Notes under the pieces: generated by a model
Database searches by the model: none
Told to the model about the DNA's origin: nothing
Seen by the model: only the letters and a program-made list of their open reading frames with translations
Translations under genes and position numbers: made by a program
Part shown: piece by piece, positions 16,659-30,738 of the stretch
Layout: the number at the start of each line of letters is the position of its first letter
How positions within the stretch are numbered: position 1 is the first letter of the stretch
DNA from: Eledone cirrhosa
Lineage: Eukaryota
DNA: 64,000 bases
Direction of reading: 5' to 3'
Assembly (NCBI GenBank): GCA_964016885.1
Contig: OZ024743.1
Coordinates: 74,524,001-74,588,000, forward strand

Positions 16659-17430
16659 GTGTGCGTGTTTGTGTGTGGTTAATTATGCTAATTGGGAGAG
16701 GAAATGGTGTATATATATTATCAAAGGATTCTATGGACATACTTTATAGTATATTGCTCTGATTATTTAATTTATTAATTCATCATTGAGCCACATCGTG
16801 AATGGTTGCCAAAACATATATATCTGTGACTTTGTCTAGTTTGTGTATATGTAAATCTTTATATTTAATAATCTCCCATCAGGTTGAGATGCAATTTAGG
16901 CAATATTGGGCTGCGCTTTCTATCAACCAACCTACTCGCCGTAAGCAACCAATCACATTCTTTCTGACTTGACCAATGCCATGTCACAGTTCTTAGCCAT
17001 TTTGAATTCGTTTCTGGCGGGGATCACTTAAGAAAATTCTTTTTCCAAATGAGTTTGTTTCCTGATGTGTTCGAAGCTCGGGATTTTATCCTTAATAGGA
17101 TATTTCCAAAAGCGAACGAAACCCTAAAGGTAGAAACGTAATCCTGGTATGTGTATATGCATTTTTTCTTCTAACTTTAATTTTATACATAATTGTGTAT
17201 GGTTGACGGTATATTTAATCGATTTCCACGTGCTATTGAAATGTTGGGTAAATATTCTATAGCGGTTGGTCGCGAATAGATTGCTGTCGTTTATTTATCT
17301 ACTATTTCTTCATAGGTGCCTTTTAATCTTATGGCCTGGTCTAATTGATTTTTTGTGTGGTTAATTATGCTAATTGGGAGAGGAAATGGTGTATATATAT
17401 TATGAAATGATTCTATGGACATACTTTATA

Positions 17431-17505
<75 letters not shown>

Positions 17506-17733
17506 AGTGGAAGCTTAGTAAAATGGAAGCTTTGGCTGTGGCCAAGTAAGGTCGACCTTCAATAGGAAGGAGTTAGCAAAGCACTCAATAAGGGAAGGTC
17601 CTTAGAGTAATAACATACGTTTAAATAGCTTGACAAATTGAACATTGCGGTAGGTAAAACCCAACCACACAATACCAAAGTAATGAAGAACTATATATAT
17701 ACATAGTTATGTATTAAACAACATAAGATAATT

Positions 17734-17808
17734 ATTTCATTTACCAAAGGTTTCACGAAGACAGACGTGCCTAACACAGACGTCTGATTTCGGTCGTCAG
17801 AATGAAAT
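17734..17808 (-). ncRNA. Type I hammerhead ribozyme
   Basis: atttcatt-ctgacga-[cgaa..cagacgt/acgtctg..ttcg]-gaaa-cc ttt gg-ta-aatgaaat: 8-bp stem I, GUA site; partial inverted copy to about 17877. Confidence 0.88.
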
Positions 17809-18130
17809 TTTATTTAAAATGGATGATCCATTTTAAATAAAATTTCATTCTGACGACCGAAGTCAGACGTCTGTGTCAAGGAAATAATTATCTTTTGTTG
17901 TTTATTACATAACTAAAAAGCTCTGTAGCCTACATAGAGCACTCTCTTTTCCTTTACCTCACCTACGGAAACTCTTCATATATATATATATAAATGTAAT
18001 CTGAGTTTTTCGTATGCAAACAAGCCTCAATTTTATAGCCATGTCAGTAGAATGAGCCCTTCATTCTTGCTCTTGTGTTGGCATGCGAACAGAACTGCAG
18101 CTAGCTCTGACAGTTTGGCAGGTGAACAGT

Positions 18131-18180
18131 GAGCTGTACTGATGAAGGGTGATACCCAGAAACATTATTGTCTGCAGTTC
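18131..18180 (+). ncRNA. Type I hammerhead ribozyme
   Basis: gagctgta-ctgatga-a-gggt gat accc-a-gaaa-ca ttat tg-tc-tgcagttc: GUC site; lies between inverted arms 18013-18100 and 18172-18259. Confidence 0.88.
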
Positions 18181-18315
18181 TGTCCACATGCCAACACAAG
18201 AGCAAGAATGAAGGATTCATTCTACTGACATGGCTATAAAATTGAGGCTTGTTTGCATAATTGCAAACGAATCGAATGTTATTATTGATATTCGAAAGAT
18301 GAATATTAATAACAG

Positions 18316-18500
18316 GGCGGTGAATTGGCAGTATAGGTAGAGGGTCAGACATGCTTTCCAGCATAATTACGTCCCTTTACGATCTGAGTTCAAATCTCGC
18401 CGAGGTTAACTTTGCCTTTCATCCTTACGATGTCGATAAAATAAAGTACCAGTAATGTACTTGGTAATTGCTGGCCTTGTGCCAAAAGTAGAAACAATTA
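18316..18500 (+). mobile_element. tRNA-derived SINE, full length
   Basis: Same family as 9972. Confidence 0.85.
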
Positions 18501-18590
18501 TTAATATTCGAAAAACTCAGATTACATTTATTGTATTCAGCCATGTAGAGCGAAATTTTCTATTTTTATATATATATGTGTGTCTGTATG

Positions 18591-18623
<33 letters not shown>

Positions 18624-18626
18624 ATG

Positions 18627-18664
<38 letters not shown>

Positions 18665-19179
18665 TACATGTCAAATCGGCTAAAAAAAAGTGTGTCTGTG
18701 TGTGTTTACATTTGTACAATATACATTTTTTTCATATAGTGAGTTAATGTGTTGGGAATTAAGATTATGTTCAGGTTATATATAGGAGTATTAACATGAT
18801 TTTGTCAGACTTGTTACGAGGTGATACTTCAATGCAACCATTAGATTAAGAAACTATAAGATCAGAATATTTAGAACACTCTGAAGAGAAGCCTCTTATA
18901 AAGTATATCACCATTTCCTTTCTGCTGTAGTCCATGTATATACCAAAAGGTACTGAAATAATGAGTGGGAAGATCTTAAACCCCACAAAACATGAAACAG
19001 TACAGAAGGAAAGTCATTCAGAATTAAATTGAGACAACAGCCATTCACTCTGTCCCAATTCTATTCTTTTCAACAAAGATAATTTCCACAAAATCTCCTG
19101 GGAGGAACCGGAAGCAAAGTTTGCTCATACTCAGCAGAGATGTTCTTATATTTCCAATTGCACACATGTTCCAAAGCAG

Positions 19180-19988
19180 TGTAGTGTTAGTGGTAGTGGT
19201 AGTGATAGTAGTAGTGGTATTGGTAGTGGTAGTAGTAGTGGTAGTTGAAGTGGTAGTAGTAGTAGTGGTGGTAGTAGTAGTGGTAGTGGTAGTGGTAATA
19301 GATGTGTTATACTAATGTATTCGCTCTTTCATATGCATACACACACACACACACATATACATACACACACACATACACATACACATACATACAGACACAC
19401 ATGCACACACATACATACACACACACATACACATACACACATACACTCACACATACATAAACACATACACAAACACACACATACACACACAGACATACAC
19501 ACATACACACACACACATACACACACACATACACACACACACGCACACATACACACACATATACACACATATATACACACACATATACACACACACATAC
19601 ACATACATACACACACACATACACATACACACACACATACACAGACACACACACACACATACACACACACACACACATACACACATACACACACATACAC
19701 ACACATACACACACACACACATACACACAAACATATATACACACATCGATACACACACACACATACACACACACGCCTTCACGCACGCACACTCACATAC
19801 ACACACACTTACAGACACACACACATACACACACACATATACACATACATACACACATAGACACACATACACACACATACACACACACATATACATACAC
19901 ACACACATACATATACACACACACACAAACACACACACACATTCACAAACACACACACATACACACACATACACACACACACATACAT

Positions 19989-20048
<60 letters not shown>

Positions 20049-20275
20049 TCAAGCATGCAGACATACATATTTATCTAGTTCATGGCTAAATCTCAGTCTT
20101 GTGTCTATGTTAGAAACCGGCTGTCTCTCTCTCTCTCTCTCTCTCCCTCTCTCTCTCTCCCTCTCGCTCCTTCTCCCTCGCTCTCTCTCTCTTTATCGCT
20201 CTCTCTCTCCCTCCCTCTCTCTACACAGACACTCTCTCCCTCTCTCTCTCTCTCTATCTATATCACTCTCTCTCT
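19180..20275. repeat. Compound microsatellite block: (GTA/GTG)n, (CA/CATA)n, (CT)n
   Basis: Direct reading. Confidence 0.9.
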
Positions 20276-20289
20276 GTAAAAATTTATAA

Positions 20290-20668
20290 AATAATTGTTT
20301 CTATTCTTGGCACAAGGCCAGCAATTATCCAGTACATTACTGTTACTTTATTTTATCAATCCCGTGTGGATGAAAGGCAAAGTTAACCACGGCGGGATTT
20401 GAACTCAGATCATAAAGGGGCGTAACTCTATGCTTCAAAGCATGGTGTCCGACTGTCTACGTAACTGCCAATCCACCGCCCTTTATAAAATAATTGTTTC
20501 TACTTTTGACACAAGGCCAGCAATTACCCAGTGCATTACTGGTACTTTATTTTATCGACCCCGTAAGGATGAAAGGCAAAGTCAACCTCGGCGGGATTTG
20601 AACTCAGATCGTAAAGGGACGTAACTATGCTGGAAAGCATCTCTACCGATACTGCCAATCCACCGCCC
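20290..20668 (-). mobile_element. Two tandem SINE copies (20290-20481, 20489-20668)
   Basis: Same family as 9972; repeated flank ccctttataaaataat. Confidence 0.85.
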
Positions 20669-20765
20669 TTTATAAAATAATGATTCCAGAAAATATACAT
20701 ACATACATACATACATACATACATACATACATACATACATACATACATACATACATACATACATA

Positions 20766-20921
20766 CATGATGATGGCTGCCCCCTCGTTATCGAGTATGG
20801 CCATTGCACAAGAAAAAAATAAAAAATAAAAAATAAAATAAAATAAAATAAAATAAAATAAAATAAAATAAAATAAAAAAAATAATAATAATAATAAATA
20901 AATTTAAAAAAAAAAAGTAAA

Positions 20922-20970
<49 letters not shown>

Positions 20971-21091
20971 CATACATATATACATACACACATACATACA
21001 CATACACTCACACATATATACACACATACATTAATAACAATAATAATATACATATTCATATATATATACACACACACGCACGCACATAAGC

Positions 21092-21163
<72 letters not shown>

Positions 21164-24100
21164 TAGCAACTAACAGTGCTGCGATCGAATGTGGCTTTTT
21201 AGCCCAGCCAATGATCTAAAATGTCTTGCACAGAGTCGGCAACCAAAACATTCACTGGGATTAGTCGGCTGTGGTTGGAGTTCGTGTACTTTTGCATGTC
21301 GCTTGAGCCCTCCTGCTGATTTACATTCTCTACCACATGTTTGGCAAACATGATGAGTAGCATCTCCAACAGCAGCCTGGTAGTCAACCACTGGTCTTAG
21401 TTTATGACTGCGAAGATGACTTTCGAGTCCAGCTTTGCTTAGGCAGAGTCTCGCACAGACGCTGCATGTCAGAACCATAGGAGGACCCTCACCGTCTGGA
21501 AGTGCAACAGCAATGCCCTTCCTCACGTCCCGCTTTACTTTCTCGTGTGCGATTCGAGATGCCTCAAAGGCAACTTTTCCCTCATATACAGTCTTTCTCC
21601 ACTTATTACGATCAGCAGCAACATTTTCCCATGTATCAGCAGAGATGTTAGCGTCTTTCAGAGAGGCTTTCAAGGAATCCTTATACCTCTTTTTTGGTTT
21701 ATGTGGCGGTCGTTTTCCTTTAACCAACTCTCCATAGAAGAGTTGTTTTGGTATTCTAGAATCCTTCATCCTGTCAAGGTGACCACTCCAACGGAGTCGT
21801 TGCTTAAGCACAAGAGCTTCTATACTGTCACACATAGAGCTTTCCAAAATCTCGACATCACTGATGTAGTCCCTCCAGTGAACGCCATGGATCCGTCTGA
21901 GACACATCTGATGGAAACGCTCCAATTGCTTAAGGTGGCGTCGATATGTGACCCAGGTCTCGCAGGCATAAAGAAGACAAGAGAGTACACATGCCCTGTA
22001 CACCTTTTCCTTTGTCCTCCTGCATATGTCTCGCCGACCCCAGAGTCGCCTTTCTAGCTTTCCGAAAGCATCACTTGCTTTCCTAATCCTAAGTGAGATT
22101 TCACCGTCAAGGTTGCCGTATCGATTGACAGTGCTTCCCAGGTAGACAAACTGATCAACCACTCCGAGTCGTTTGCCATACACATAGATGTTTGGTTCAG
22201 TGTACTGCTTACTAGGGGCAGGTTGGTACATGACGACGGTTTTCTTGAGACTGACAGTCAAACTCAGGGCAGTGCAAGCGTCAGAAAATACATTCAAAAT
22301 GTGCTGCATATCACTCTCTGTGTGCGCTACAAGATCGCAATCATCTGCATACAAGAGGTCTCTTATGACTGATGTAAATACTTTTGTCTTCGCAGCAAAG
22401 CGCCTGATGTTAAATATGCTGCCTGAGGTTCGATATCGGATGTAAACACCATGCTCGCAATTCCTGAATGCAATACAGAAAACCATTGCAAAGTATATGG
22501 CAAACAGGGTCGGTGCTGGAATATCCCCCTGTTTCACTCCATTTTTTACTGAGATAGGCTCCGAGATGTTACCTCCGACATTAACCCAAGCCTTCATGTC
22601 GTCATGGAAAGACCTAACTAAAGCAAGGAACTTATCAGGGCAACCAAGTTTCTGGAGAACCTTCCATAATGCATCTCTGTTGACAGTATCGAAAGCCTTT
22701 GTCAGATCGACAAAAACCTGATACAGATCCAAGCCCTGTTCAATGCACTTCTCCTGGAGCTGTCTAGCTGAGAAGATCATATCAGTAGTGCCGCGTCCAG
22801 CACGAAAACCAGATTGACTTTCAGGAAGGACACAATCTGCAATGTGTGTCAGCAGACGGTCCAGAAGCACCCTACATAAAACTTTCCCTAAGACAGAAAG
22901 CAATGATATACCTCTGTAGTTCCCACAATCATTCCTGTTACCCTTTCCCTTGTACAAGACCACCATTACTGCATCTCTCCAGTCCTCAGGCACAGATTCA
23001 TTAGCCCATATCCCTCCAAACAGAGAGTGAAGATGTTGCAGGAGTCTCTCACCACCATATTGTAGGAGCTCAGCATGTATGCCATCCATACCTGGAGATC
23101 TTCCACTGTTCAGCTTCGAAATAGCCACTGCAACCTCCACAAGCGTCGGAGGTTCTGCGAGAGCTACTTTCACAGGACTTTCCGGAATGAGATTGAGGAA
23201 ATCTTCACTGACGACAGACGGCTGATTCAAAAGATCATCAAAGTGCTCTCGCCACCTTCGTAGAATTCCCTGTGAGTCACGAAGAAGTTCTTTGCCATCC
23301 TTGCTGCGAATCGGTGTAACCAGAGAAGAAGACGGTCCATAAACCTCACGCAAGAGACTGTACAACAGCTTTGTGTTATTGCAATCAGACGCAGTTTGTA
23401 TCTCACCAGCCTTCTCACTCCACTACTGATCCTTCATCTGAGAAAGACTCCGCCTAACACGTGATTTTACATCCCTGAGCCCCTCATGCAACGTATTCCT
23501 CTCCTGTGGTTTTGCCGTCAAGTAGCGTGACAGAGCACGCCTCTTATCAGCCAACAAGTCTTCTATATGTACATCATTCTCATTAAACCAGTCCTGATGT
23601 TCTCTCTGCACCAATCCCAGAACACGTCTGCCTACATCATAAACCGACTTTTTAAGGGTCGGCCAATCCTCACCAAGATCTGCAGCCTGCATCTCTTCTT
23701 CCAATGTCCTCTTCACATTTTTATCCTTAAGACGAGCAGCATTCAATCTTTTGGGCAGGGCAACACCAGGAGCCCGGATTTTACGTTTGGTGATTAGATT
23801 CACTTGTGCGCGTACCAGGCGGTGGTCCGTCCAGCACTCAGCTCCACGAAGAACACGAACACACTGCACATCCTGTCTGTCACGCATCCTGACTAGGACG
23901 TAGTCCAAAAGATGCCATTCCTTAGATGCAGGATGCATCCATGTGGTCTTGAATTTGTTCTTTTGTTGGAACATGGTGTTGGTAACACACAGATCCAGCT
24001 CCTCACACATCTGCAGCAAGAGCATACCATTGCTGTTACACTTTCCCACCCATGCCTTCCGATTACATTCCATGTGTTAAAATCCCTACCCACTCTAGCA

Positions 24101-25060
24101 TTAAAGTCACCAAGCACGATGACTTTGTCTGCCTGAGGGATATTTCTTAGAACACCTTTCAAGGCATGGTAAAATGATATTTTTTCTTCATCGACAGAAT
24201 TCATAGTTGGAGCATACACACTCACCAGGGTAGCATATCTTCCCTTGTCCAGCGGAACTCTCATGGACATAAGACGCTCACTAATTCCTACTGGGAATTC
24301 TTCTAATTTATTCACCAGTACAGTCTTAACAGCAAATCCTACCCCAGCCTCTCTTCTGGTTCCTTCATCTCTTCCTTTCCAGAAGAATGTATATTCTCCA
24401 CAAAATTCCGTAAGATGACCATCTCCAGCTAACCTCGTCTCAGATAAAGCCACGATGTCAAGATCGTAACGTCGAAGTTCCTTTGCAACAGGAGCGATCC
24501 TTCGTTCAGGACGCTCCAAAGAATCCCTCTCAAGCAGCGTCCGTACGTTCCAGCAGCCAAGACTAAATGCCCTGTTTGGCTCTATTACAATGGCACGATG
24601 ACGGGTGGGCCCAGGTTGTGATAACTTGGGGCCCCTGCCCTTATTGCCAATGATCTTTTTTGTTCCAGAACCCAAACTGGCAATTATCTCGTTTACATTG
24701 TTCTGGAACATCATTGAATTGGAAAAAAAAAAAAAAAAGTAATAATAATAGTAATAATAATAATAATAATAATAATAGTACACTATTAATAATTATTAAT
24801 GCACTCGTGCAATGCCTGTGCGTGACGAATATTTTTAAAGTGAGGAAAGACTGTGCACTGAGCCAATCCCACTCTCTGAGCGACAGTAGCTATAACCCGA
24901 AAAGAAGAAAAGATCAACATCATCGGTAACTACTGAGCCGCAGGTTTTATATCGGAGTTAACCCAGTTTCCTGAGATGCCTTCTCCTAGAAGAATACCCT
25001 GACAAGGGCTAGGGGTTCTTCACTCCCAGTGGTTTAACTGCGCGATCGGGCATCCAGCCC
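20766..25060 (-). mobile_element. Near full-length RTE-clade LINE
   Basis: 5'UTR about 24780-25060; single APE-RT ORF; short 3'UTR split by microsatellites and ending gtgcaatggccatactcgataacgagggggcagc-(cat)n at 20766-20812. Confidence 0.9.
21170..24660 (-). pseudogene. RTE ORF: apurinic endonuclease, reverse transcriptase and three C-terminal C2H2 zinc fingers
   Basis: WNVRTL, ALSETR, VYAPT, GDFNARVG, LDY, TDH; NYRGISLL, QSGFR, FVDLTKAFD, GVKQG, YADD, YLGS, RLRWSGH; one frameshift near 24060 and one in-frame TAG at 23423. Confidence 0.93.
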
Positions 25061-26287
25061 GATTATTTCTATGTCCCCGCGCGCAAAAAAAAAAAAAAAA
25101 AATCACTTATTGACACTTATACGTACGACATACACACACACGCATACATATGCGCGCACACAGCAACACTCATACATACAACAAACACACACGCTACTCT
25201 ACTCACTTACACGCACACACACACATATATATATATATTACCGTCATTACTGATACAAGATGACAAGATTATGTCAACTGTTGACTTTCAAGAGTTTGTA
25301 TAGTTGAAGCCGATCGTATTACTATAATTGCTTTACAGCATAGAGTTATGGCTCTCCACGGAGTCAACAAAAGAGAGTACCAGTGATGCGCTGGGCCACT
25401 CGCTGGATCCGTCCCAAAAGCAGAAAAATTATTATTAAAGTTGTTCTTAAGGCCAGGTCGCTGGTGATGGTGATGGCGGCGGCGGTGGCGGTGGTGGTGG
25501 TGGTGGCAGTTGATGTTGTTGTTGTGTTGTGTGTGTGTGTGTGTGTGTGTGTTTTGTTATTTTGAGGAAGGGGGTTATTTCTTTTTTTTTTTCCCCTTCC
25601 CCTTTTCTTTTTTCTTTTCCTTTCCTTTTTTTTATGTTTTGATGCCGCTGTTGTTGTTGTTGTAATTGTTGTAAATGTTCATTTCAGTTCATTCTGAAGC
25701 TGTTGTTGCTGTAAACATTAGTGCCGGTGTTGTTGTTGTTGTAGATGTTGGGATTGAAATCTGGTTGTTTGACTGAGTGATGTATATACACACATATACA
25801 TACACACACATATATATATATACATTCAACAGAGAGTAGAGAGTTTGACAACAGGTCGATGACTTTAGTCTCGATAGGGTATGGTATGGTAATGACATGT
25901 GATGGTGGGGAGAGAGTGTAGACATTATTGTGGTTGTGGGGACAGTGAGATGTATCTAGTTCATTTGACCGTTTTCTTCTCTTAGCAAAATTTGAATTCT
26001 AGCCATGTTATATTGAGATGTAAGTAAATGTAAAATATAAATAAGGATTGCTCTGCTAAAATATACTAAAATATGTGTGTAACTTCCACAAACTTCTGTC
26101 GTGACATTCCCGAGTCCAGTGACCAAAAAATTGTTGTATTTTGATGTTTCAGAATACAAAAATTAATTAAAAACTTACCCCACGAAAAGATAGCGTGTGT
26201 TGTCCTATCTATAAGCTCCCTCATACATACATACATACATACATACATACATACATACATACATACATACATACATACATACATACA

Positions 26288-26318
<31 letters not shown>

Positions 26319-26463
26319 GTAAGCAGAAGGGATATTCAATTTGTTGGTAATTCAACAAATATAAATGTTTATAACTGATTCAAAGCACTCGACAGTTGTT
26401 CTGGAGTATAGTATTCAATGATATTAAATAAATGGAAACTATATTTATAAAACCATATTTATT

Positions 26464-26517
26464 CTATTATATATATTTCAAGGGTACCAAAAACTTTGGT
26501 ACGCTTTCATCAGATAC
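26464..26517 (-). ncRNA. Type I hammerhead ribozyme
   Basis: tat-ctgatga-aag-gtaccaaa/tttggtac-ctt-gaaa-tatata-ta-ata. Confidence 0.75.
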
Positions 26518-27377
26518 AAGTCAATGGATATATATACAAAGTGTGTTTTATAAATTTTGACATAGCCAAGGAACATACCTTAACGGTTGAAGTTTTCCTT
26601 GGATAGTGGACTTAAAGACAGATTTTTCAAAATTGTTAATATGAGTATGCAACTGAATATGTAAATGAGGTTGAGATATATGTTTGAAAAAACGTTATTT
26701 TAGACGCTATGGAGAGTTTAGATATGTGTTTGTATTAGTAGGAAAGAAAGAAAAGGAAGAAAAAGAAAAAAGAAAAAGGAAAAAAGAAAAAGGAAAAAAG
26801 AAAAAGGAAAAAAGAAAAAGGAAAAAAGAAAAGAAGACCTCATATTTACGTTAATTAAGGGGAAAAGATTTGAATATTTACCTATATTATGTATATACTT
26901 ATATGGAGAATTATGTTTGTAAGTATTTATCTTATTACAATATTGTAGCAGGTTATATGTATAAATATCTGTATATATTAATAATTGCATATGTATTAGT
27001 ATTAAAGAGATATAGATAATTTACAATTATTAGTTGTTTATAATATGAGTTACGAGGGTGTTGATTTTGTGTTTTATGTAAATAAATAGGTAGTTCAAGT
27101 TATGAGAGGAGAACAATTTATAGATTTGAATATTTTGTTCAGCATTGAAAATGTTTTCATAATATTGTTAATTTAGCGGAGTTACGTATATCATAAGTTT
27201 ACACGATTGAGAAAGGAAAGATAACTCCAATTTTGTTTGTTAATCGATAAATTTGAAGAGTTAGTGTGAGATTAATTATTTTAGTCGAAAGATGTGTGAA
27301 TGTTTGAAAATCAAAAAAGAGGAGATACGTAATGTGCTTATCTAAGAAACTGTCGTGAAGAGGATAAATTTGTCTAA

Positions 27378-27590
27378 TATCATCATCATTATCAGGTCGA
27401 GCTTGCTCGGCTTTCTACGACACGTTTCCTCCATCCATCTCTGTCTCTCATAGCGTTTGCCAGTTCTTCCGCAGTGCATCCAGTATTGTCCTCAAGTTGC
27501 TTGACGTATGTCTTCTTGGGACGACCAGCGTTTCTTGCTCCATGAGATGGACTCCATAACAACACCAGCAAATCTGAGTCTCTGTCCATG
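27378..27590 (-). mobile_element. 3' tip of a second RTE-group LINE
   Basis: LLWSP.HG.R..GRPKKTY..QL..NTG......AM.DRDGWR; (tga)n tail at 27378-27394. Confidence 0.75.
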
Positions 27591-27693
27591 TATTGACCTG
27601 CTAATATCAGTTAATGATTATCAATCAACATCTAAAAAAATTATATCTTTAGAGGGTGTCATTAGAAAAATAATAATGTAAGGATTAAAAATA

Positions 27694-30000
27694 ATGGAAT
27701 TCTTTAGGATTTCTTCTTCTTACCGTAAAAATAATGAATATCTAAAACAACTCATTGAGAAATCTGACTCATTTATACGGAGACTTAGATGGCGTGCCTT
27801 CCATTTCGATAGAAAATCGGATGAAAAAATAAATAAATCCAGTTACAACTTTGATCTTATCTTCAAATCTAAGAAGAATCCACCTAACACAAACTACTAA
27901 CTGAATTTGAAAATGAAGTAATATCTATTATACAAAACATTAAATTTAAAAAAAAAAACAATTTATAGGCCAGGAATAACTTAAAGGCCTCCTAAATAAT
28001 ATTATAGACAATCTTGAAAAAACTAAGAAGATCCTCGTAAAATCTGATAAAACTAATAATTTATACGGGATGGAAAAGGACGAATATAATAAAACGAATA
28101 TAATAGAAACCTTATATTGAAGGAACTCAGAAAAAACTACAAAATAACAACAAATGAAGATCTTTCAACGTTAAATAGAGAAGCTTCCGAAATTATTCAT
28201 AAATTAGGCATCCAAAATAGGACTGAACCCTTTATACCTAGAAAACCGAAAATTAACCTGAAAGACCACAAAAGAAATTTTGAAATAGAACTACCAGTCA
28301 GACTCATAGCACGATCTAAATCAGACTTAGGCATAATTAGCAAACATCTATTAGATAGAATTATACCACAACTTAAAGAAAAATCACACCTGAAACTATG
28401 GAACGGTACTAACGAAGTTATAGATTGGTTCAATAACATACAATTAAAACATAACTAAAAATTCATTCAAATGGATATTGCAAATTACTACTCCTCTATT
28501 ACTCCTAGTTTACTTAATAAGGCTCTTATCTACGCATCTAAACATACAGACCTATCTAGTGACGAAATGAATATAATTCTAACAGCACGGAAAACACTAA
28601 TTGGATTCAATAATCATCTCTGGACAAGAGCCGACAGAAAAAAACAATTTTAATATCACTATGGGATCATCTGACTCGGCGCAAATAACGGATCTCGTTG
28701 GTTTATTTATTAATAATGTACTGCATAGGAAAATACCAGAGATGACCGGTGGTTTATATCATGATGATATGCTGCTTTTAATTGAAAACCATAGCAATTG
28801 TGAAATTAATAGGATAAGAAAATCCATAATACAATTCTTCAATAACTACAACCTTAAGTTAGAAATAAAGAATAACTACAAAATCGTTAATTTCTTAGAC
28901 GTAACCTTAAACCTTAGCACAGTTCTTTACTATCCTTTCCATAAAATTAACGAAAATCTAAATTACGTAAGGTTTAACTCTAATCATCCTAGAAGTATTA
29001 AAAACACTACTGTCAATAGTGTCCAACAACGGATTTCACGCATCTCTGCTAATAAAAATATTTTTGATGATAAAGCTGAATATTATAATGAAGCTATTAA
29101 GTAGAGCAGGATATTCTAATAAAATTAAATACATTCATAACAATAACATGGCAAATCATCCTAGTATTAATTACAATAATAATAAACAATCTAACTTAAA
29201 CACTAAACCAAACAAAAAAACTAGAACTAGAAATATTATTTGGTACTCCCCCACATTCTCATGAAGCGTTAAAAGACCTTTAGCAAAGCTATTCTTTAAA
29301 GTACTAGATAAATGTTTTCCTAAAGCCCACAGATACCACTCTATTTTTAACAGACATACTATAAAACTATCCTACTCTACTACTATGAACATAGCACAAA
29401 ATATAAATAGAATTAATAATAGAAACTTAAATTTAAACCCTACCCCCCCCCCCCCAAAAAAAAAATAGCAATAATAATATTTCTAGCAATATCCAGTATA
29501 ATAGTACCATTCCGAGCAACAACAACTCCATAAAATGTAACTGTAGAATCAAATCAAACTGCCCTTTACAAAACAATTGTTTAGATAAAAACGTAGTTTA
29601 TAAATGCAGTTAAAAGTAGAGATAAAATATTTAACTATGTTGGTGCCACTTCTACAATTTTAAAGAACGCTGGAATACACATAATCATACTTTTAAAAAG
29701 ATCTGATACAAAATCTTCTACATCACTTTCACATCTTATATGGAAATTAAAAGGCAAGATATAGACTATTCAATATCTTTGAAAACGATTTCGAAAGCAC
29801 CGGCGTAACGAAAAATGGCTTTATCAGGATTCTGTAAATTGTGTATCGAAGAAATTTTTTATATAATTAAATGTCAAGACTGTATTAATCTCAGAACAGA
29901 GTTATTTTTTTCTTTCAGAGATCGCCAAAATTCCACGTTCAGAACTATGTGTACTTTATATTATTCCTATAAACCTTCTAAATGTGAATATCTCTAATAT
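27694..30000 (+). mobile_element. Degraded near full-length Naiad-type PLE (RT plus GIY-YIG)
   Basis: FIRRLRWRA, KSDKT, LKDHK.NF...PVRLI, DIANYYSSI, ITMGS.D.A, GLYHDD, NFLDVTLNL, SNHP, RNIIWYSP, CNCR..CPL, YVGAT, CKLC..E; many frameshifts. Confidence 0.88.
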
Positions 30001-30059
30001 TTGTAATACTTTTACATTTCATCAAAAAATTTCTTTTAATATATATATATATATATAAT

Positions 30060-30738
30060 AACTCGATAGAATCTTTGAGCTTATTTTCCGGGTGATCTGG
30101 CGCATGCCGTTATGGCATGACACCCATAATTTTGATTTAGATTAAATTCATTTAAATTATCTTAATTTTGGATATAGATATATAAATACGGCTCCTTAAT
30201 TGTAGAGCTAACTCTGTTGAAAGGAATCGACTGCTGTTTCTAGTTGTCGATAACCATATTCACGCCATTGAGACGAAGCTGCTGTGATGTGTAAATACAA
30301 CACGTGGTAGTAGCCAGTTGCAGATTTGAACTTCTAGTGTAAACATGGATTGCTGGAAATTTTTCTTCCTTGTTGAAAATACAAAATATCCACTTCCGTG
30401 ATTTACCATCTGATTAATTGGTGAAATATATTTCTTTAATGGAATATATACAGGGAAGATTAATCATATTATAAGGTATCTATTTTTGAAGTTCTAGTCA
30501 ACTTTATTTAGTTACCTACCTAGCTATGTGTGGTTACACACTTGTAAAAATTATCTCCTGTGATTATTCATGTTTATATATATGTTAATCAATTTCTAGT
30601 TATAAAATGGTCGGACCTACTCGATAGAATCTTTGAGCTTATTTTCCGGGTGATATGGGGCATGCCGTTATGGCATGACACCCATAATTTTGATTTAGAT
30701 TAAATTCATTTAAATTATCTTAATTTGGGATATAGATA
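30060..30738 (+). repeat. Direct repeat of about 120 bp (30060-30180, 30618-30738), probably the pseudo-LTR of the upstream PLE
   Basis: actcgatagaatctttgagc...gatatagata occurs twice; includes hairpin catgcc-gttat-ggcatg. Confidence 0.65.

Noticed and set aside
21170-21480. Host C2H2 zinc-finger gene
   Set aside because: The fingers are in frame with the RTE reverse transcriptase and lack TGEKP linkers
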